Origin: Candidatus Poribacteria bacterium
GTDB lineage: Bacteria; Poribacteria; WGA-4E; WGA-3G
Length of the DNA stretch: 64,000 bases
Assembly (NCBI GenBank): GCA_965242965.1
Contig: OZ251518.1
Span: 2,169,838 to 2,233,837 of the forward strand
Reading direction: 5' to 3'
In this document: positions 57,975 through 64,000 of the stretch, one piece after another
Layout: each line of letters opens with the position of its first letter
How positions within the stretch are numbered: the stretch's first letter is position 1
Notes under the pieces: generated by a model
What the model saw: the letters and a program-made list of their open reading frames with translations, nothing else
What the model was told of the DNA's origin: nothing
Databases searched by the model: none
Made by a program: the position numbers and the translations under genes

Positions 57975-58477
57975 TTGAAAGATCGCGGGGGACAGGCCCC
58001 CGCGCTACGGTGAAGGGGGGTATCCCGCGCGACGTAGGGCGAGGGCCTGTCCCTCGCCATGCCAAGAAGAGAGGGCGATTTTGATTCATTAAACGATCGC
58101 GGGGGACAGGCCCCCGCGCTACGCGGAAGGGATAATGCCTCTTCAATCCGTAGGGCGAGGGCCTGTCCCTCGCCATGCCAAACGGAAAAAAATTGATTCA
58201 TTAAACGATCGCGGGGGACAGGCCCCCGCGCTACGGTAGAAGAACGGTCTCCGCGCATCGTAGGGCGAGGGCCTGTCCCTCGCCATGCCAAACGGAAAGA
58301 GAAATTGATTAATGGAACGATCGCGGGGGACAGGCCCCCGCGCTACGCGGAAGGGATAATGCCTCTTCAATCCGTAGGGCGAGGGCCTGTCCCTCGCCAT
58401 GCCAAACGTACCCCGCGTTACGTAGGGCGAGGGCCTGTCCCTCGCCATGCACAGCATAAGAAAAAAGGAAACTCATC
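57975..58477. repeat. tandem array of four ~115-bp MITE-like hairpin units with variable cores
   Basis: Each unit is GATCGCGGGGGACAGGCCCCCGCGCTACG, then a 22-25 bp core, then CGTAGGGCGAGGGCCTGTCCCTCGCCATGCCAA(ACGGAAA..ATTGATTCATTAAAC). The cores of units 2 and 4 are identical (CGGAAGGGATAATGCCTCTTCAATC); the cores of units 1 and 3 differ. Confidence 0.8.
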
Positions 58478-59095
58478 ATGCACATCGCAGTTGTCACCGG
58501 CGAACACGGATTCCAAGAGAAACAGTTCGACGCGGTTTTTGAGAGCATGGACGGTGTCCAATTCGTTCGCGAAGATTTAGATGTCTTTGTCGATGACCCG
58601 GGCCAGAAGGACTACGACACCGTCGTCTTTTACAATTTTCATCGTCCCTACCCGACAGAAGCACAGGCGGATGCCATCCTCGGCTTGACAGAACGCGGGC
58701 AAGGCATCGTCATTCTGCATCACGCCATCCTCGCGTTTCCGGAATGGGATGTCTATTCCGATATGTGCGGAATTGCCGACAGAGGTTTCGGATACCATCC
58801 GCGGCAGACGCTTGATGTGCATGTCGCTGACACAACGCATCCCATCACCGCGGGGATGACGGACTGGGAGATGGGCGACGAGACTTACACGATGGATTCG
58901 GCAGGCGACGATAGCGATATCCTGCTGACAGTGACGCATCCGAATAGCATGGAGGTGCTCGGCTGGGCGCGAGAATACGGCAACTCCCGTATTTTTTGTC
59001 TCCAAAGCGGCCACGACGATGTCACCTTCTCCAATCCGAACTTCCGCGAAGTGCTCAAACGCGGCATTCAGTGGGCAGGCAGGGATAAGCAATGA
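58478..59095 (+). CDS. ThuA-domain protein
   Basis: GIVILHHAILAF and NSRIFCLQSGHD are ThuA-family motifs. It is translationally coupled (ATGA overlap) to the downstream epimerase. Confidence 0.65.
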   Translation: MHIAVVTGEHGFQEKQFDAVFESMDGVQFVREDLDVFVDDPGQKDYDTVVFYNFHRPYPTEAQADAILGLTERGQGIVILHHAILAFPEWDVYSDMCGIADRGFGYHPRQTLDVHVADTTHPITAGMTDWEMGDETYTMDSAGDDSDILLTVTHPNSMEVLGWAREYGNSRIFCLQSGHDDVTFSNPNFREVLKRGIQWAGRDKQ

Positions 59096-60162
59096 AGCCA
59101 ATGAAGCATCTGTTAGGTTTACGCCTCCTCTTCGCAACGCTTATTGCACTCGCCCCGGTAGGCGGGATTTGTAACCCCGCGCCTGTCGCCAATACAGAGG
59201 AAACTATGGAGCACACAATGTATTCAGTCAGCGACAAAATCGTCGATGGGTTTCACGTTTACGCCTTACAGCAGGACGAAACCACCGTCGCCGAAATCGT
59301 CCCCGCGCTCGGAAATAACTGCTACGCCTTCCGAGTTGCCGGGCGCGTCTTAATAGATGAACCGCCCGATCTGGCGACGTTGCAAGAACGTCCCACCGCC
59401 TACGGAAACCCTATATTGTTTCCGTTTCCAAACCGCATCCGCGATGGCAGCTGGACGTTTGAAGGCGAAACCTATCAGTTTGACAAACCGCCCGATGCAC
59501 CGACGACTATCCACGGGTTGTTGCTCAACCGTCCCTATCATGTCCAACGTCACGCAGCAGACGAAAACGGCGCGACGCTTGTCTGCACGCTCAATTCGCA
59601 CGATGTGCCAGATATTGGCAGACAGTATCCGTTTCCGTTTCACATTGAGATAACGTATACCCTCAAAGATTCCGTGTTGACGATGGGCGTTTCTATCAAA
59701 AACACCGGCAAAGGGAACATGCCGATGGGGTTCGGCATCCACCCCTATTTTCGCGTCGCGAATCCATCGCAAGCGAAAATCACCGTGCCCGCCGCGAAAT
59801 ACTGGGAACTTGACGATGTGCTAGTCCCCACAGGAAAACAACTTCCTGTCGCCGGAGCCTTGGATTTGCGGGATGGAAAGCCGTTCGTCGGATTAAAGTT
59901 GGACCACGTTTTCACAGACGTGCAATTGACAGACGGTGTAAGCCGATGCATCATCGGGAATGAATTGGTGATGGAATCGGATGCCATCTTCAGAGAACTC
60001 GTCGTCTATACACCACCGGGAAGGGATGCCATCTGTTTTGAACCGTATACCTGCCCGACAGACGCGATTAATTTGGAGGCGAAAGGCATTCCTGCTGGTA
60101 TCATTGTGCTGTCACCGGAAGAAACTTTCGCCGCTACCGTTCGGATTCTGCGCGTTCGGTAG
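59092..60162 (+). CDS. aldose 1-epimerase family protein (galactose mutarotase-like), secreted
   Basis: Signal peptide. YGNPILFPFPNRI and GFGIHPYF are conserved in the aldose epimerase superfamily. Confidence 0.75.
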   Translation: MKPMKHLLGLRLLFATLIALAPVGGICNPAPVANTEETMEHTMYSVSDKIVDGFHVYALQQDETTVAEIVPALGNNCYAFRVAGRVLIDEPPDLATLQERPTAYGNPILFPFPNRIRDGSWTFEGETYQFDKPPDAPTTIHGLLLNRPYHVQRHAADENGATLVCTLNSHDVPDIGRQYPFPFHIEITYTLKDSVLTMGVSIKNTGKGNMPMGFGIHPYFRVANPSQAKITVPAAKYWELDDVLVPTGKQLPVAGALDLRDGKPFVGLKLDHVFTDVQLTDGVSRCIIGNELVMESDAIFRELVVYTPPGRDAICFEPYTCPTDAINLEAKGIPAGIIVLSPEETFAATVRILRVR

Positions 60163-60790
60163 GAGAGCCCTCCTGGTTTTGATTTTTCAACATATCGGGA
60201 CAAGGATGTCCCTCCTACCCAAAACGATGTTCCCCGTAGGAGAGACCTCCTGGTCTCGATGCATTCCCGTAGGAGAGACCTCCCGGTCTCGATGTTCCCG
60301 TAGCGCGGGGGCCTGTCCCCCGCGCGCGTTGGGATACGCGAGCAATGGCGAGGGACAGGCCCTCGCCCTACGGTGAGGGGTGGTGTGTTTATCGTAGCGC
60401 GGGGGCCCTCGGATGCCAGACGCGCATCCGAGAGGGTTTCCCCCGCGATCTCATCGTCACGATGTGTGTTTCCGCCTCTGTAGTTTGTGATCGCCTGATC
60501 ACAAACAGGTCAGGATCTGGCGATCCTGACCTACAGAGCCTGGCGCACGCACGCTGGCGAGGGACAGGCCCTCGTCCTACGGTGAAGGGGTGGTGTTTTT
60601 ATCGTAGTAGGAGGGACATCCTTGTCCCGATACGCACAGCAACAAAACGCATCGAGACCCGGAGGTCTCGCCTACTGGGGGCATCGAGACCCGGAGGTCT
60701 CGCCTACTGGGGGCATCGAGACCCGGAGGTCTCGCCTACCGAACGCTGGGTTGACATCCATCGCGGATTTGTGGTATCCTATAAACTATA
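60163..60790. repeat. intergenic repeat block including a 32-bp x3 tandem of family B
   Basis: 60667..60740 is GGGGGCATCGAGACCCGGAGGTCTCGCCTACT x3. Family C (60195..60225), B (60235..60295), A (60300..60420, 60550..60600) and D (60475..60540) are also present. Confidence 0.8.
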
Positions 60791-60808
60791 GAGAGGAGGA
60801 AACCCAAA

Positions 60809-61432
60809 ATGGCATTTAGCGATTTCAAGTCTGTCGATGAAGCCCTAGAAAATTTCAAGATTACCTTCACGTGGGGTGACTTCATCGAAAGCATCAAAAG
60901 CGAAGAGTCAACGCCGCCGGCACATTTGCTGCACGACTTTGAGTTTGCACAAGAGCACATTGATGTTTTCGCCTCCGACTCGGCGCGGTGTCACGCGCTC
61001 ATTTACCCGGTTTTATGGGAGTGCTATAAGGCATACGCTAAGGATTACGCGCTCTGGATTGGCAAGTCTATCACTTACGATGAGATGTTGACAGGCACAC
61101 CGGACTACTTCGTCTCTACGCGCTCAGAGTTTGGTGTTCCTGTTGTTGGGACACCGCTCATTCTGCTTGTTGAAGCCAAGCGGAACGATTTTGTCCTCGG
61201 TTGGGGGCAATGTCTCGCAGAGCTGGTCGCGGCGCAAAAAATCAATGGCGATGCAAGTGAGCCGGTGTATGGCATTGTCAGCGATGGAGAGCAGTGGCAA
61301 TTTGGCCGGCTCGTCGGCGATGTCTTTACCCGCAATAGAACGCGCTATACGTCGGATAGTTTGCCGCGCCTCTTCGGTGCGGTTGAAGCCGTGTTCAGAA
61401 GCGCGACGGGGAATAGCAACGGGAGTGTCTGA
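60809..61432 (+). CDS. PD-(D/E)xK nuclease-fold protein resembling the type I restriction enzyme HsdR N-terminal (HSDR_N) domain
   Basis: PDYFVSTRSEFG...PLILLVEAKRNDF (D...EAK motif), then GWGQCLAELVAAQKI...VYGIVSDGEQWQF, matching the standalone HSDR_N pattern. Confidence 0.5.
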   Translation: MAFSDFKSVDEALENFKITFTWGDFIESIKSEESTPPAHLLHDFEFAQEHIDVFASDSARCHALIYPVLWECYKAYAKDYALWIGKSITYDEMLTGTPDYFVSTRSEFGVPVVGTPLILLVEAKRNDFVLGWGQCLAELVAAQKINGDASEPVYGIVSDGEQWQFGRLVGDVFTRNRTRYTSDSLPRLFGAVEAVFRSATGNSNGSV

Positions 61433-61489
61433 ACCGATTCTGTTTTTCGTTGTGCATCTTGTTCTAGTCAAATGAATTCCGCATAAGCC

Positions 61490-62467
61490 ATGAAAAACAT
61501 CACATTTTTCTTTATTTTCCTCTTACTCATCTACGCGCAACCGTCCTCCGCTATCCGCGAAGGCACGGCGAACGCCGCCATTTTCATCAAGCAGTATGAA
61601 CAGCGCGGCGAGTGGGACAAAGTCGCACTCTGGCACGAAGCCGCAGCGGAATGCCTGATTCGCATCTCTATCCCGATGAACGAGATCGCGCATGCCTATT
61701 ACACACGCCGTGGACACGAGAAATGGGCGGCGCGTGCGAAGAAAGAACGCGCGGAGATTCAGGCGCAACGTCAGTCGCTCATGAACCGTGCGGAGAATGC
61801 ATGGGAAAAATCGGGAGTAATGGCTACCGAGCGGCGGGGACAGGCACGCGCCCTACGGGATGCCAATAGTTTGTCGCGTTTACAAGCAGAACGTGAAAAA
61901 ATCTCTCAATTTATCGCGACGTGGGCACCGCACTATCCCGATAGATTCTACGATTTCGGCATCTATCCGACCTTTTTTAGGGAACAACGCGAGCGCGCGG
62001 CGCAGAAAAAGGATTACGTCAAAGTCCTACAACTTGAGGCAGACGCGGCGGAGATGTGCGCGGCGCAGTATGAAAAAATCCCCCTCGCTCTCGGGTTGAA
62101 ACGTTATGAAAAGGTCCGAGATGCCTATCGTCAGCATGCGATGCTACTCCGCGCGCTCGCAAAGCAAAACCCGAAACTGACAGCCCTTTGCCTCAAAAAT
62201 GTTGCGGAACGCTCCATTAACCCACTGGCTACTGTTTCCAATGGCGCAAAAACAGACGTAATGCTTCAGACTGCCAGATCTGATCAGCGCGTGCAAAAGG
62301 CTCTCGAAAATAAAAATGGCATTCACGAATACGTCTGGTTTCAAGGGTTTGCTTGGACGGTAAGTTTCTATAACCACAGCCAGGGAAATCTCGCCATCGC
62401 CATTATTGATGACAAAACGGGAAAAGTAGTTGACGTGTTGATTCAGGTAGGTTCACCTGAAAATTGA
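61490..62467 (+). CDS. secreted hypothetical protein (signal peptide, Arg/Glu-rich helical middle)
   Basis: MKNITFFFIFLLLIYAQPSSA signal. 325 aa; no recognisable domain. Confidence 0.55.
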   Translation: MKNITFFFIFLLLIYAQPSSAIREGTANAAIFIKQYEQRGEWDKVALWHEAAAECLIRISIPMNEIAHAYYTRRGHEKWAARAKKERAEIQAQRQSLMNRAENAWEKSGVMATERRGQARALRDANSLSRLQAEREKISQFIATWAPHYPDRFYDFGIYPTFFREQRERAAQKKDYVKVLQLEADAAEMCAAQYEKIPLALGLKRYEKVRDAYRQHAMLLRALAKQNPKLTALCLKNVAERSINPLATVSNGAKTDVMLQTARSDQRVQKALENKNGIHEYVWFQGFAWTVSFYNHSQGNLAIAIIDDKTGKVVDVLIQVGSPEN

Positions 62468-62493
62468 AAAGCATTGCCTGTGGGAACGGGCAG

Positions 62494-64000
62494 ATGAAGA
62501 GCGAAAAATATAGAGATATGAATGTGAAAATCCTCAGAAGCATCGCCCTCTTTTTTATCGCGTTCGGCGTGGAAGCAGCGCAACTCACTCCCGGCGAACT
62601 GCTCATCCGCTTGACTCCCGATGCTGCAAGGTTGCAAGCCAACGCGCCGATATCCGTGCTGCACGCCGAGCACAAGGTGGAATCGCTGCAGCCGCTGTTT
62701 CCCTATCTGGCGCGCCCGGCACTCAATCCGAACCTCAGGCGCACCTATCTGCTGCGCTTCGCGCCTGACATAGATTTGGAGACAATCAAAGCCGTTTACG
62801 CCGAAAGTCCACTCGTTGAAGCAGTCGCGTTTAATTATCTCCGGCCAACGTTTCAAGAAACGCGGCGGCGGGAAGGAGAAGTGGTGAATCCAAATGACCC
62901 GAGGTATGCAGAGCAGTGGAACCTCCCGTTGACACGACTGCCACAGGCATGGGCAATTGAGAAAGGCAGCGCGAACGTCGTCATCGCCATCATCGATTCT
63001 GGCATCGATTATCGGCACGACGATTTGGCGGCGAAGACATGGGTGAACCCCGGCGAGGTGCCGGACAACGGACTTGACGACGACGGCAACGGTTACGTTG
63101 ACGATGTGCATGGCTGGGATTTCACCGACGCGCCGAATGTGCAGGGTGAAGGCGATTTCATTGAAGGCGACAATGAACCTATCGATGAGTCCGGACACGG
63201 CACACATGTCGCCGGTATCGCCGGTGCGATGGCGGATAACGGCATCGGCATCGCCGGTGTGGCGTGGCATTGCCCCCTCATGCCGATTCGCGCCGGGCTC
63301 TCCCTCGGCGGCAGTTCGCGCATGCAAGACGATGACTCCGCCGCCGCTATCGTTTACGCCGCCGATAACGGTGCCAGCGTGATTAATATGAGCTGGGGAA
63401 GCGAGCAGGTATCCTTCGTTATCCAAGATGCTATTGATTACGCGCACGCCCGCGGTGTCGTGCTAGTCGGTGCCGCAGGAAATTCACAGAAAGCGGCCGC
63501 CATTTTCCCCGCCGCCTATCGGCAAGTCATCGCCGTTGCATCAACCGAACAGCATCAACAGCGGTTTTACCAATCAAACTTCGGTGCCTCCGTGGACATA
63601 GCCGCGCCGGGGAACGTCATCCTCAGCACACAAATTGACAACCAGTATCGCCTGCTGACTGGCACCTCTATGGCTGCGCCGCACGTCGCGGGTGTCGCCG
63701 CGTTGATGCGCTCCAAGCGTCCCGCGCTCACGCATGAAGAAGTGCGGCAGATTCTGATTAATACCGCCGATGTTGTCCTTCAAGAAGAGAGCGATACCCC
63801 AGACCCGAGATTTGTCGGTGCCGGCACCCTGAACGCCGAACGCGCGCTGTTAGCGAGCGGCGCGTTGCAAGCGCGCATCCTCTCTCCCGAAACGAATAGC
63901 GGCGGCTCCGACGCGATGCATATCATCGGCACCGCAGGCGGCTATCAGTTTGAATCGTGGCAACTGCTTTATGCACAATCCACAGTCCCGGAGACCTTTA
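62494..64000 (+). CDS. subtilisin-like serine protease (peptidase S8), secreted; 3' end beyond window
   Basis: Catalytic triad motifs AIIDSGID (Asp), HGTHVAGIAG (His) and GTSMAAPHVAG (Ser). Signal peptide MNVKILRSIALFFIAFGVEAA. The frame is open to the window end, which is why the ORF track omits it. Confidence 0.85.
   Translation, partial: MKSEKYRDMNVKILRSIALFFIAFGVEAAQLTPGELLIRLTPDAARLQANAPISVLHAEHKVESLQPLFPYLARPALNPNLRRTYLLRFAPDIDLETIKAVYAESPLVEAVAFNYLRPTFQETRRREGEVVNPNDPRYAEQWNLPLTRLPQAWAIEKGSANVVIAIIDSGIDYRHDDLAAKTWVNPGEVPDNGLDDDGNGYVDDVHGWDFTDAPNVQGEGDFIEGDNEPIDESGHGTHVAGIAGAMADNGIGIAGVAWHCPLMPIRAGLSLGGSSRMQDDDSAAAIVYAADNGASVINMSWGSEQVSFVIQDAIDYAHARGVVLVGAAGNSQKAAAIFPAAYRQVIAVASTEQHQQRFYQSNFGASVDIAAPGNVILSTQIDNQYRLLTGTSMAAPHVAGVAALMRSKRPALTHEEVRQILINTADVVLQEESDTPDPRFVGAGTLNAERALLASGALQARILSPETNSGGSDAMHIIGTAGGYQFESWQLLYAQSTVPETF

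Noticed and set aside
57975-58477. CRISPR array (regular repeats with variable intervening sequence)
   Set aside because: The repeat arms are two different sequences that are inverse complements of each other, with an AT-rich linker. Spacer lengths and repeat periodicity do not fit CRISPR. No cas genes are present. The arms belong to the family-A MITE found all over the window.
62443-63447. 334-aa minus-strand ORF
   Set aside because: It is antisense to the S8 protease gene, whose catalytic Asp, His and Ser motifs are unambiguous on the plus strand.

Overview
High-GC (~55-58%) bacterial chromosomal segment with no rRNA or tRNA genes. Gene content is Planctomycetota-like by inference only: sulfatases, a DUF1501 protein, ThuA proteins, several Gfo/Idh/MocA oxidoreductases, the futalosine menaquinone pathway and a giant lamin-tail-domain protein. 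I call about 47 coding genes (two of them frameshifted). There is a conserved minus-strand housekeeping block rpsB-tsf-frr-cdsA-dxr-rseP, followed in the same orientation by udg, two paralogous DNA methyltransferases (one fused to an Mrr-like nuclease domain), priA, a hypothetical protein and two HicB-like genes, then a repeat block and a Type III mod methyltransferase split by a G8 homopolymer frameshift. Other genes are mutL, trpS, mobA, fur, mqnA with a radical-SAM Mqn gene, a DppA-type peptidase, an M28 peptidase, serine hydrolases, an aldose epimerase and a partial S8 protease. Almost every intergenic region is filled with nested palindromic MITE/REP-like repeats, roughly 15% of the window, organised in at least six families that also assemble into larger composite elements with 19-bp terminal inverted repeats. 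The most notable items are the candidate phase-variable orphan Type III mod, the mosaic methyltransferase paralogs around priA, the hierarchical repeat system (including a tandem array with variable cores), an RDD-PspA fusion protein, and a tandem gene duplication. A further item is the ~700-nt structured leader with a near-consensus promoter and a G9 tract upstream of the giant secreted protein.
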